The notes beneath the pieces are model-generated. The model ran no database searches, had not been told where the DNA came from, and saw only the letters and a program-made list of their open reading frames with translations. Positions 24,485 to 37,152 of a stretch of DNA of 64,000 nucleotides are shown in pieces. Source of the stretch: Chiloscyllium plagiosum (Eukaryota). How positions within the stretch are numbered: position 1 is the stretch's first letter; every line of letters starts with the position of its first letter. The stretch covers positions 52,025,037-52,089,036 of the forward strand of contig NC_057719.1 in NCBI RefSeq assembly GCF_004010195.1, in the 5' to 3' direction. Position numbers and translations under genes: made by a program.

Positions 24485-25754
24485 GTAGATGGACTCGAAT
24501 GTTTTTGTTTACTGTCTTCGCATTGCTATTAATGTGTCATCATATTCGATGAAGATGCTTTGGAAACAGTTGGTTGGTCAAGATTTATCAACTACTTCAA
24601 AACGATCAAACTTCCTAAAAAAAAGTGCATTTTGTCTGTGTTGTGTGTTATTTTGTCTGTGGGAATTTAAACAGATTGAGCTTATTACCTTTAAATGCAG
24701 CCTGCATATTGTTTATGCAGAGTGATAGAATGCTTGATTGTTGGATATTGTCTGAATAACAAAGTTTATAAAATTTGGAATGGAAAAGTTTTACCATGTT
24801 ATTCCATTTATCTGATCTGAGGTGTCAATTGCTTCTGCACAAATAACACTGCAATTGCATAGTTTTCATCTTGAAGCTCTCCTGTTGAGATCTTTTGATA
24901 CTGATTAGTGAAGAAAATAATTTATATTAAGATGCAAAACTTGCTATCCATCATAATTCATTTTCCTGGCAGTGTCTGATCACTGCTGACAAAATTGAGC
25001 CACATGGGAAATCAAGAGCAGCTTTTTGAAGATCCTATCTCATCTGCTTTTGCATCGTGATGCAGGGTCAAAGCTCTGGACAGATTCTAAACATTAATGG
25101 TTGGAAAGTGAATAGCTCGGATAATGGCATACCAGAATGAACAATAGATTTTCTAAAGGGACAATTGAACTATTGAACTATCAATAATTGACTATTCTGC
25201 AAATTATTCACACAGGTTCCATCTCTAGCTCTGTTCGGCAATTTCAGAGAAGTCACTTAAACAACCATTTTTTGATTAATCTTCTTTTACTAAGTACTTT
25301 TGAAATGTTCCATTATTTTCAGTATGAATCAAGAAGGATTTTGAATGGCTACTTTGGGTGAGAAAGAGTAATTTTATAGTATATCAGTAATAAAAGTACC
25401 AAAGTGCTGCATGATTCATTATTTTAATATTTGTTTGACAGTTGGAGAAATATTGCTAGCTTTTCCAGGTGTTTTAATTTTGTTTTTGCCTGCATTTCTT
25501 CTGATGAGAATGCATAGGCATTACTTTCCAACATTCAGCTTAAGTTAGTACAATACTTCCAATAAGGTTCTAACTCTGATCATTTATATTGTCTGCAGCC
25601 TTGGCCCTGACACCAGCTCAGACACAGCCTTTCACTCACTTAAAGAAACTCGTCTCTGTGGACATAGCTTCAACCTTTGCCCTGTTGACTCAGTCCAGCT
25701 TCAGACGTTCTCGGATATCAGTGTTAATTTGCATTTAGCCCTTACTATGCTGTC

Positions 25755-26170
25755 AACACAAAAAACAGAAAGTGCTGGAGGAAGTCAGCTAGTTGGGCAG
25801 GAAAGCAGAGTTAATGTTTTGATGCTAGTGACCCTTCATCCATACCAAAGATAGCTGGGAAAGGGAGACATTTCTACTGATGACATGGGTGAGGTCAGGG
25901 TGGGTGGGGGTGGGGGTGCATGGAGAGAATAGAGTACATGGTGATAGTTCCCAGAGAGAGAGAGAGAGAGAAAGAGAGACAGAGAGAGAGAGAGAGAGAC
26001 AGAGGAAAGAATAGCAAATAAAAAAATTGCTGGTGATAAACCAAAAAAGCAGCCCATATAGGACACGACGTAGAGGTATGGGGGAAGGGAATGAACAAGG
26101 GAGAGGATGTTGGTGTTTTAAAAATTTAATCTTAATGTTGAGTCTTGAAAGCTGTAGGCTTGCCAATCAC
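25755..26170 (-). mobile_element. Penelope-like element 3' end (second, older family)
   Basis: C-terminal ASLQLSRLNI (cf. GTLQPxGLNI); terminal repeat with GATGAAGGGTCAC...AAAACATTAAC; (GA)n inside. Confidence 0.7.
25953..26003. repeat. (GA)n microsatellite
   Basis: Seen directly. Confidence 0.95.
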
Positions 26171-26184
26171 GAGTTGAGATATCT

Positions 26185-26378
26185 CAATCCAAGTCAGAAT
26201 ATTGTGGTTCAAGCCTTGAGCATATGTTCTCGACTGAAATTTCAGCATAATACTGAGTGTGAGGCACAGTGCCAACTTTTGGACAAGATGCAAAATTGAA
26301 GGTTTACCTACCCTATTTAGTGGATGTATGAGATCACAACATACCACTTGAAGGAGCAGATGACTTCCCCATGTCCTG
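26185..26378 (+). mobile_element. Degenerate Deu-SINE-like (SacSINE1-type) 5' part
   Basis: Similar to 57740-57900; recalled consensus only. Confidence 0.45.
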
Positions 26379-27030
26379 GTGTTATGAAAAAAGCTGATAG
26401 TATGACTAAACAAGTCAAATCCCAGAATGAAACCTGGGTTGACAGATAAGCTGTTTTTGTTTTCAAGTAGTTATTGTGATGGTTAGTTACCAAGAGATAT
26501 CTATGCAAAGCTGTATATTTTATTTAACAACAAAGCAGACATTTATTACACAAAATGAGAAATAAAACAAAAAAAATCTACCTAAATAAAATGCAGATGC
26601 ATAAAGATCTCAAAACATACGGGAAGAAAGATCCCAACTCTGTCCCAACTTGAGTCCAGAGAAATAACATCTCAATTTCAATTCCTTAATTTTCTACTTA
26701 ACTGATTTTATTTAGTTTCTTTGCTGTGAACTATTCCATGTCTGTCAATATGAACTTTTCACAAGTTTGAGAGCCTAAATTTTCACAGTTCTAATAACCC
26801 ACAGGTTTCTAACCAAACACCCCTGGCTTGTAAGATTTACAAACTATATCCTTTTGCCGAAGGAAGTGAGTCTCTGAACTGGCCTGAACTGCATCCAGCA
26901 GACAAGCTAAATATGGTTCTGAATTCAATCCTGGTGTTTTCTGAACTGAACTGAGCTGAATACTCACCCAATCTTTGATTCTTCTGAACTGAAAATAAAG
27001 GTAATGATCTTAAATGTTTACTCCACCTGT
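26379..27030. mobile_element. LTR-like remnant
   Basis: Starts TGTTATG, has tttatt on the plus strand, interrupts the Penelope copy; no coding evidence. Confidence 0.4.
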
Positions 27031-27785
27031 TAATGTTGGTCAATGAAATATTGGCCAGGGAACTTGGTCGTGTGTTAAAGTGACAGTCAACTGGAAGCTT
27101 GGCATCATTTTTGTGGATGGAATGTAAGTGTTTCGCAAAACAATCACCCAGCCTGTGTTTCAACTCCCCAGAGTAGAGGAGAACACATTGTGAGCATTTA
27201 ATATAGCAGGCCAGATTGAATGTAGTGCAGTTAAGTTGCTGCTTCAACTTGAAGGAAGACTGGGGAGGTAAATAGGTAAGTGTGGCACTTTCTGTGATTA
27301 CACAGGAAGGTACAATGGGATAATGGGGTGGTGTTGGGAGTGGAGGACCAGTGGCAGGGTGTTCCAGAGGGAATGGTCGCAATGGAAGGCTGACAAGGGA
27401 GGGGAGTGGAATGTGTGTCTGGTGGCAGAAATGGAGACTTAAAATCCTTTGGTTGCTGTGGCTAGTGGAGTGGAACATAAGGACCAGGAGACCACATTAG
27501 TGTTGTGGGAGGGAAGAAAAGGGATGAGGGCAGAAGTTCAATAAATTGGTTGGATTCAGCAAAGGGCACAGTCAATGATGATGGCAAAGAAGTCTGAGTT
27601 GACCAAAAAGTGGATGTTACCTGCAGAAGGTATCATCACTAGTAGAGATGCAATGGAGATGGGGAAACTGGGAGAATGGGATGGAATCCTTAGAAGAACC
27701 AGGATATGAGGATGTACAGAGAAGGTAATTGTGGGAATCAGTGGGTTTGTAGTGGATATGAGTGGTCAGTCTATCCCCAGAAATA
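27030..27785 (-). mobile_element. Penelope-like element RT C-terminus and GIY-YIG endonuclease (degenerate)
   Basis: ISGDRLTTHIHYKPTDSHNYL...SIPFSQF and NLACYIKCSQCVLLYSGELKHRLGDCFAKHL...PVDCHFN. Confidence 0.9.
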
Positions 27786-27894
27786 TGCCTACTCTCAACT
27801 TCACCTGGCCCATTTCTGGCTCCTTTCCCTTCCTCAACATCTCTGTTTCCATTTATGGGGCAGAGCAACAGTGACAGCACTTTCAAAAAACAAT

Positions 27895-30015
27895 TACTCA
27901 TGGGACAAGGGTGTTACTAGCTGGCCAGCATTTATTGCCAATTCCGACTTGCCATTGGGAAGATGGTGGTGAGCTGTCTTCTTGAAGCACTCAGTTCACA
28001 TGCTGTAGGTTGACTTACAGTGCTCTTAGGGAAGTAATTTCAGGATTTTGACCCAGCAACAGTGACGGAACAGCTATATATTTCCAAGACAGATGGTGAG
28101 TGGCTTGGAGGGGAAATTGCAGGTGGTGGTGTTCTCACATATCTGTTGCCCTTGTCCTTCCAGAAGGGGTTGTCATTAGTTTGGAAGATGCTGTCTAAGG
28201 ATCTTTGGTAAATTTCTCTAATGCATCTTGTAGACAGTACACACTGTTGATACTGAGTGTCCCCAGTGAAGTTACTGGGGCTTGATGGATGGAGTACCAA
28301 TCAACGAGGCTGTCATGTCTTGGATGGTGTCAAGCTTCTTGAGTGTTGTTGATGCTGCACCTATCTAGGCAAATGGGGAGTATTCCATCACAACCCTGAC
28401 TTGTGCTTTGTAGAAGGTGAACAGGCTTTAAGGTGTCAGAAGCAGAGTCACTTTCAGCAGTATTCCTAGCCTCTGACCTTCTCTTGTAAACACTGTTTAT
28501 ATGGTGAGTCCAGTTGAGTTTCTGGTCAATGGTAGCTGCAAGGATGTTGGGGATTCAGTGATGGTAACACATTGAATGTCAAGGGGCGGTGGTTAGCTAG
28601 TCTCTTATTGGTGATGGTATTAGCCTGGCATTTGTATGGTATGAATGCCAATTGTCGGCCCAAGCCTGGATATTATAGAATCATAGAGATGTACAGCATG
28701 GAGACAGACCCTTTGGTCCAACCCGTCCATGCCGACCAGATATCCCAATCCAATCTAGTCCCACCTGCCAGCACCCAGCCCATATCCCTCCAAACTCTTT
28801 CTCTTCATATACGCATCCAAATGCCTCTTAAATGTTGCAATTGTACCATCCTCCACCACTTCCGCTGGCAGCTCATTCCATACACATACCACCCTCTGCG
28901 TGAAAAAGTTGTCCTTTAGGCCTCTTTTATATCTTTCCCCTCTCACCCTAAACCTATGCCCTCTAGTTCTGGACTCCCAGATGCCAGGGAAAATACTTTG
29001 TGTAATTATCCTATCCATGCCCCTCATAATTTTGTAAACCTCTATAAGGTTACCCCTCAGCTTCCGATGCTCCAGGGAAAACAGCCCCAGCCTGTTCAGC
29101 TTCTCCCTATAGCTAAAATCCTCCAACCCTGGCAACATCCTTGTAAATCTTTTCTGAACCCTTTCAAGTTTCGTAACATCTTTCCGATAGGAAGGAGACC
29201 AGAACTGCACGGAATATTCCAACAGTGGCTTAACCAATGTCCTGTACAGCTGCGACATGACCTCCCAACTCCTGTACTCAATACTCTGAACAATAAAGGA
29301 AAGCATACTAAACGCCTTCTTCACTATCCTATCTACCTGCGACTTCATTTTCAAGGAGATATGAAACTGCACTGCAAGGTCTCTTTGTTCAGCAACACTC
29401 TCTAGGACCTTAACATAAAGTGTATAAGTCCTGCTAAGATTTGCTTTCCCAAAATGCATCACCTCGCATTTATCAGAGTTAACCTCCATCTGCCACTTCT
29501 CAGCCCATTGGCCCATTGGCCCATCTGATCAAGATCCCGTTGTAATCTGAGGTAACTCTCTTCGCTGTCCACTACACCTCCAATTTTGGTGTAATCTGCA
29601 AACTTATTAACCATACCTCTTATGCTCGCATCCAAATCATTTCTGTAAATGACAAAAAGTAGAGGACCCAGCACCGATCCTTGTGGCACTCCACTGGTCA
29701 CAGGCCTCCAGTCTGAAAAACAACCCTCCACCACCACCTTCTGTCTTTTACCTTTGAGCCAGTTCTGTATCCAAATGGCTAATTTTCCCTGTATTCCATG
29801 ACACCTAACCTTGCTAACCAGTCTCCCATGGGGTTGCATTTGAACACAGACTACTTCAGTATCTGAGGAGTCATGAATGGTGCTGAACTTCGTGCAATGA
29901 TCGATGTATATTCCCACTCCTGACCTTATGATGGAGGGGAGGTCATTGATGAAGCAGCTGAAGATGGTTAGGCCTAGGACACTACCCTGAGGAACTCCTG
30001 CAGAGATGCCCTGAC
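27895..30015 (-). mobile_element. Family B LINE 3' half, split by the CR1 at 28676-29831
   Basis: Tail gccagcatttattgcc at 27924; RT sequence resumes at 29832. Confidence 0.8.
28676..29831 (-). mobile_element. CR1/HER1-like LINE, 5'-truncated RT and 3' tail
   Basis: SGVPQGSVLGPLLF, KFADYTK, LERVQKRFTRMLPG, FFTQRVVCVWNELP. Confidence 0.95.
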
Positions 30016-30254
30016 TGACCTAAGCAGATAAATAATGGTGGTCATGTCCCTGAACCGCCTATAGATTATGCATGATGTTACCATGACCCCCAGACAGATG
30101 ATGGTCCCCTTTTGAATTGAGCTGAAAACCCATACCCACCAGTTCCTAACATGGCCACTTGGCTGTAAAAGAAGTGCAGAATGCTTGCTGTTTAGGCAGC
30201 TAGGTTCATGTTGTAGGTATTTGCTGATGTTTCAGTGTGTCGTACATCAAGATG

Positions 30255-31905
30255 TAGAAATAATAGTAAAAGTTTCTTTCAATACATAAGAAACAAATGA
30301 CAGGGAAAAGTAGGCATTGGGCCACTTCAAACTGATGCTGGAAGGCTAGTGATGGGAGATAAGGAAATGGCTGGAGAACTTAATAAGTACTTTGCATCAG
30401 TCTTCACAGTGGAAGGCATGAGTAATATCCCAAAAATTCAAGGGAGTCAGGGGGCTGAGTTGAGTATGGTTGCCATTACAAAAGAGAAAGTGCTAGAAAA
30501 GCTATGGAAAATTATAGGCCAATTAGCCTAACCTTGGTTGTTGGTAAAATTCTAGAATCCATCATTAAGGATGAGGTTTCTAAATTCTTGGAAGAGCAGG
30601 GTCGGATTAGAACAAGTCAACATGGATTTAGTAAGGGGAGGTGGTGCCTGACAAACCTGTTGGAGTTCTTTGAAGAGGTGACAAGTAGGTTAGACCGGGG
30701 AAACCCAGTGGATGTGGTCTACCTAGACTTCCAAAAGGCCTTTGATAAGGTGCCACACGGGAGGCTGCTGAGCAAGGTGAGGGCCCATGGTGTTCGAGTG
30801 AGCCACTGGTGTGGATTGTGGATTGGCTGTCTGACAGATGGCAGAGAGTTGGGATAAAAGGTTCTTTTTTGGAATGGCAGCCGGTGACAAGCGGTGTCCC
30901 GCATGGTTCAGTGTTGGGACGGCAGCTGTTCACATTATATATTAATGATCTGGATGAAGGGACTTGGGGCATTCTGGCGAAGTTTGCCGATGATACAAAG
31001 TTAGGTGGACAGGCAGGTAGTATTGAGGAAGTGGGGAGGCTGCAGAAGGATCTAGAAGTTTGGAAGAGTGGTCCAGGAAATGGCTGATGGAATTCAATGT
31101 GAGCAAATGCGAGGTCTTGCACTTTGGATAAAAGAATACAAGCATGGATTACTTTCTAAACGGTGAGAAAATTCATAAGGCCAAAGTACAGAGGGATCTG
31201 GGAGTGCTAGTTGAGGATTCTCTAAAGGTAAACATGCAGGTTGAGTCCGTGATTAAGAAAGCGAATGCAATGTTGTCAATTATCTCAAGAGGGTTGGAAT
31301 ATAAAAGCACCGTTGTGTTACTGAGACTTTATAAAGCTCTGGTTAGGCCCCATTTGGAGTACTGTGTCCAGTTTTGGTCCCCACACCTCAGGAAGGACAT
31401 ACTGGCACTGGAGCGTGTCGAGTGGAGAGTCACACGGATGATCCCTGGAATGGTAGGTCTAACATATGAGGAACGGCTGAGATCCTGAGTTTGTATTCAT
31501 TGGAGATTAGAAGATTAAGGAGAGATCTAATAGAAACTTACAAGATAATACATGGCTTGGAGAGGGTGGACTCTAGGAAATTGTTTCCATTAGGCGAGGA
31601 GACTAGGACCCATGGACACAGCCTTAGAATTAGAGGGGGTAAATTCAGAACAGAAATGTGGAGACATTTCTTCAGCCAGAGAGTGGTGGGCCTGTGGAAT
31701 TCATTGCCGCAGAGTGCAGTGGAGGCCGGGACGCTAAATGTCTTCAAGGCAGAGATTGATAAATCTTGATGTCACAACGAATTAAGGGCTGCGGGGAGAA
31801 TGCGGGTAAGTGGAGTTGAAATGCCCATCAGCCATGATTGAATGGCGGAGTGGACTCAATGGGCCGAATGGCCTTACTTCCGCTCCTATGTCTTATGGTC
31901 TTATG
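30255..31905 (+). mobile_element. CR1 LINE ORF2 3' half (frameshifted, internal deletion near 30503)
   Basis: NYRPISLT, YLDFQKAFDKVPH, KFADDTK, FFSQRVVGLWNSLP; (cttatgt)-type tail. Confidence 0.95.
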
Positions 31906-34466
31906 TTCTGGACAGATCCCTTTGGTGGGCTAAAGTACCAATGCACTAATAGGCTTGACAAGCCAAGGCAAGGTAAGGCAAGGCAAGGATACTGAGAACA
32001 CAAAGGTAGGTGCTAGGTTTGCAAGTGAGAAGCCCTGAGTCCAATCCGTGTTTTTTTATGGATGGTTGCAAGTGTACCCTGTAAGCAAATCTGTGCTTCT
32101 TGAGCAGCTTGCAATTGTATAAGAGAGGTGTCATAATGTTTGTGAAGGATTGGTACATGCCAGTTACCAGTGTCCATAGGCAAACAGTGCATGTGGCTGG
32201 TGCCCATGGGTTGTGCCTTGAGATGCTGTTTGATTATGTGCAATCATATGGAATATTGCAGAGCAAATGGTGAGCTGAATTCGCCAGGTCCCCGCTTTGA
32301 TTTCCAGTCGGGTCTTCTCTTCTTTTGCTTATTTAGTGCATTTGGTAAGATAGGAAGCTGAATATTATTGAGCTGAGTATATTTGTTAATAACAATCTAT
32401 AATTTAATTATCTTTAATTGGTGCGTTGCTGCGGCCTAGTGAGAACGTTGATGTGCTACTTGTGAAAAATATAAAGGATGGAGTGAGAAGCTGCTGTTGA
32501 CAAGCTGCTGTTCACCGGATGTCTCTTCTGAATCTGTCACAAATCTCTCCATTGCCCATGTTGCTCGGATCCCTGTAAGACTCTATTCTCTGCCCTAGTT
32601 CTGTCACAACTACTTTGATTGCAATCTGGTACTTCACAGGAGAAGCACATGTTCCAGTTAATGGAACTCTGAGCAGAACTACACTTCGTTGGGGTGTCAG
32701 ACAATTGTTCCTGAACAACATTGTCACCCAATGCAGCTAGGAATGCATAGTCTGCTCTGGAAAATAGAGTTCACTCGATCATCCTTAAATGATTGATAGT
32801 CAGGAGATTTGTGCTGTATCTGTGCAGTTTCCTGTGTGATTTTCTCTAAAAGGCCTGTATTGCACAGCTGTCAGCAACAAACCATTAATTAATGCAAAGC
32901 AGCAGCTCTTTATCGATGAACATCAGTACAAGAAAAGCTTGATACATATCTCAATCCTCTTACCAAACCTGCATAAAATCCCAATAATTTTACTAGATAA
33001 CTAAAATAATATTCCCTGCACCCAATTAGATGACTTCCCAATTCATTAAAGATAGATTTGATAATTTCATTTTAAAGCCATTAGATGGAGTCCTGTGAAA
33101 GGAGTTAGGGTGAAACATAATATTTCATTTCTACACTCCCATGCTCTAATTGAGATATTCAATTATTTCTTTACATGATAACAATGCACATCATGAAAGG
33201 TAGAAGAGTGAAAGAACTACTTGAAGTTAGAATTGATTGAAGTAGCTCTGTTAACTATGGAGGAATACAAAGGGCTGTTTGAGTTGAATTATCTAATGAT
33301 TCAGTGCCTTTTTTCTAGTAAATTACTGTACTGTTGTATTCTGCACTTACTCTGAATCAATTTATTATTATCGAAATTCTTGAGGCAATGTGTGGCTGAA
33401 TGAGCCAAAGCACAGGCATAGATTTGGACTGGATAAGGAATATAATGTTATTGCCTATAACATTTTCAGGAGGTAAACTGAAGCAAAAAGGAGGCAAAGC
33501 TGCGATGCTAATAAATTATTCAATTGCAGCACTGGAGTGTAAGGATGGTCTAGGGATTCTGTCAGGAAAGAATCAATAAGGATAGAACTAAAAAGCAGCA
33601 ATTGACATGTAGCTATAACGTTTGATGTACCCCTCCTCATTTAATGGAAACTTATCTATTTGGTAGGCTGTCAATCTTATTTTTCTTTAGTATGAATTAG
33701 AAGCCAATAATAGAATCACAATGAAAGGTAGATTTGTAATCCATTCAAAGATATGTGCAGGAACAATGAGGCAATAAAATTCTATAACTTCAGCTATTTC
33801 AACATGGAAACTAATGTGAGTGAAAGAGGGTTTTTTTTTTACTTGCCTGTATTCAGACTCATTCTAAGACCAGTATATTTGTAATCTAGTAAGGTCAGAA
33901 ATACTATTTGATGTATATCCGGGCAATGAAGTGAGCAAGTAGTACTGACCAATTGATTACAAACAAATCAACACCAGAATGTGTGGAATTGGAAAGGACA
34001 GAGGTTCAGGGAGATGAGAAGGAAGCTGTCTCAAACTATCATGAAGGATACAGATGAAATATCCAATAAATATTGTGGATCACAGCTTATGAGTGATGGT
34101 GGAAGTGAGAATTTGATGGAATGGAAGGAGGTAGCGGACAGATTTTTATAATATGCAAACTGTTGTGGGACTCCAGAGGATACCAATGACATAGTTCTCT
34201 GCAAGAAGGGAGAGAATAAATTAGGTAACCACAGACCAGTCAATAAAATGCTGGTAGTGTATGAGATCTTAGAATCTTTAATTCAAGCTTAAGTCACAGC
34301 AACAAAAACGACCAGCATTTATACACCGTCCTTCCTCCATATTTGCAAGGGCTCCATTCCCGAGAACCCCACAAATGATAAAATTTGCGAGTATGGAGCT
34401 TGTTAAAAATAAGTTAAAGCATCACAGAAATGTGATTTTACCTTCAGATGTTGATACTTATTTGAG

Positions 34467-35313
34467 ATTAGATTCCCTACAGTATGAAAACAGGCCTTTG
34501 GCCCAACAAGTCCAACAATACCAATCCTCCAGAGAGTAACCCACCCAGACCCATATTTACCCCGACCAATGCACCGAACACTATGGGCAATTTAGTATGG
34601 CCAATTCACCTGGCCTGCACATAGAGTCATAGAGTCATAGAGATTTACAGCATGGAAACAGACCCTTCGGTCCAACCTGTCCATGCTGACCAGATATATC
34701 CCAACCCAATCTAGTCCAACCTGCCAGCACCCGGCCCATATCCCTCCAAACCCTTCCTATTCATATACCCAGATGATATGACAATAATATGGCTTTAAGA
34801 GATGTATCTGGTCCTGTTCTTTTTATGAAGAAAGGTGGAGACAGAGGTGACGAGCGGTCTGCTCAAAGATAACAAACAGTTTATGAGGCCTTTGGGTTGA
34901 ATCGGTGGTGTCAAGCTCCCACAGAATCAAGATTTTTAGTTTTATTTTCTGCAGCTGCTGTTGGGGTCTTGAAGCTGATGGGGAAGCTCTTATTCCTTTA
35001 TCTGTTACAGCTAAAATCAGTGGTTCTCTTCTTGCTGTTAGAATTGCATGTGAAACAATCTATTTTACGGAATTTGCCTTTGCCATGGGTGTGTTTATGG
35101 GATGTTACTATATTGGAACAGTTAATTAACATTAGTTATATATATTATTTTGTTAAGCATTTCAAATGAGTTATAATTAAGCCAATTCTTTTCAACCCAC
35201 ACAGACATGGGGAGAACATGCAAACTCCACACAGATAGTCACCCGAGGCTGGAATCGAACTTGGATCCCTGGTGCTGTGAGGCAGCAATGCAAACCGCTG
35301 AGCCACCATGCCA
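34467..35313 (-). mobile_element. HE1-like SINE split by a CR1 tail (34621-34770) and an LTR-like piece (~34775-35194)
   Basis: SINE 3' part at 34467-34620 and tRNA head at 35195-35313 are collinear. Confidence 0.8.
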
Positions 35314-36059
35314 CATTTTGGTGACTGTAAATAAGAGCTCGCATTTGGATTTGTTCAATTACATGCATGTATTTATTGACATGGATATGCATATTCATGA
35401 TTTCACAGACATAGAGGATTTACTGTCCTACCTTTAACATTGTAAATCTGTCAAGATGTGTCACATAAGCATGATGAAACAAAACATGACATGGAGCTAT
35501 ATATAGGGCAAGATGACCAGAAGTTGGTTAAAAAGATAGACTGAAGGAGTATCTTAAAGAATGAAAGAAAGTAAAAAAAAAAGCCTGACTGGATTAAGCA
35601 AGGAATTCTTGAACTTATGGTTTGGTAGAGGAAGGCACAACAGTCAATTTGAGAACAAAAAAAAAGAAATTCTGATGGTCAACAGGCCAGAATTGAAAAC
35701 ATGCAGAAACTCCAAAGATTGCAGGGCTGGAAAAGAACAGAGAAGGGGGGATGATGCTCTGGGAGGGATTTGTAAACAAGGATTTTGAAATCAATGCTTG
35801 GCTTAACCATCTGTCAAATGTAGATAGGCATGCACAGGTAATGGATGAAAGAAACCTGGGAGTTAAGGGGTTATGTCTGGGGTGGCTCAGTTTTGGATGA
35901 TCTCAATTTTAGAGATGTGAGAATGTGGGAGCCACCCAGAAGTGCATTAGAATAGTGGTAACTGTGACATAAATGAGGACTTCAGCAGCAAACAAGCTGA
36001 GGTAGAATCAAAATTGAATAATCTTACAGAGTTGGAAATAGGAAAGATGGTGGCAGAAT

Positions 36060-36623
36060 TGAAAAGGGTGGCGCTGGAAAAGCACAGCAAGTCAGGCAGC
36101 ATCCGAGGAACAGGAGAGTTGACATTTTGGCATAAGCCCTTCATCAGGAATGTGGGTGGGGGGTTTAAGGAGGATGGTGAAGGGAGTTGGAGGAAGAATG
36201 TCTCATCTTCTGCCTTGGGACCCTCCAACCACATGGCATCAACGTTAATTTCGCCAGTTTCCTCATCTCCCATCCCCCCACCTCATCCCAGATACAATCC
36301 TCCAACTCAGCACCACCCTCTTGAACTGTCCTATCTGTCCATCTTCCTTCCCACCTATCCGCTCCACCCTCCACTCTGACCTATCACCATCACACCCCCC
36401 CACCTGCATCTATCTATCACCATCCCAGCTATCTTCTCCTCAGCCCTACCCCCCTCTATTATTTGCTCAGCCCCCCTCCACCCCAACCCCACATTCCTGA
36501 TGAAGGGCTTATGCCTGAAATGTCGACTCTCATACTGCTTGGATGCTGCCTGACCTGCTGTGCCTTTCCAGTACTACACTTTTTGACTCTGACTCCCCAG
36601 CATTTGCAATCTTCACTTTCTCC
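36060..36623 (+). mobile_element. 5'-truncated Penelope-like element with inverted 5' terminal repeat
   Basis: ELEEECLIFCLGTLQPHGINVNF C-terminus; hammerhead core 36497-36524; TSD AAGATGGTGG(C/A)AGAAT. Confidence 0.9.
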
Positions 36624-37152
36624 AAGATGGTGGAAGAATAAGACACTCTAACTGGAGCTCTTGTCCTTTGCACATTCTTTTTCTTTTCTCTCTCTTCGTT
36701 TTCAAACTTTTAATTCTAACTCACTGGAGGTGAATGGAGGAGACTGGAGGTTGTGGTAAGTCCCAGGTCAGACTGGCGTGGGAGCAGAGAGACCAGACCA
36801 GCCCCAGACCAGGTCAGCATGGGGATGACAAATCCTGGAGGTGAGACCCAGAGGTTAGGCCCTTGGGGACTGGAAGCAAGGCCTTGAGGTTTGAAGCCCA
36901 GCATGCGCTGTGGACTTATCCCAGGCTGTCTAAAGGCTGGCTTGGTGAAAAGATTAAAATTCGAGTGCTTTAAAAAAAAAGAAAATTTCTTTATTCTTAT
37001 GCTAAACTTTTATTTATGATTCTCTTAAGTCTGTAACACAATTATTCTGTATCTAAGTACCCTGTACCTAAGATGGCACCAAAGGGGTGACATTACAATC
37101 TTTTCACTACTCATTCAGTTAATAATAAAGCCTAATTCAGTTCAATTCAATC
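36624..37152 (+). mobile_element. Second copy of the Rex1-tailed non-autonomous retroposon
   Basis: AAGATGGTGG head, pyrimidine tract, G-rich core, AAGATGGCACC...TTTTCACT...AATAAA(ttcaa)n end. Confidence 0.6.
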
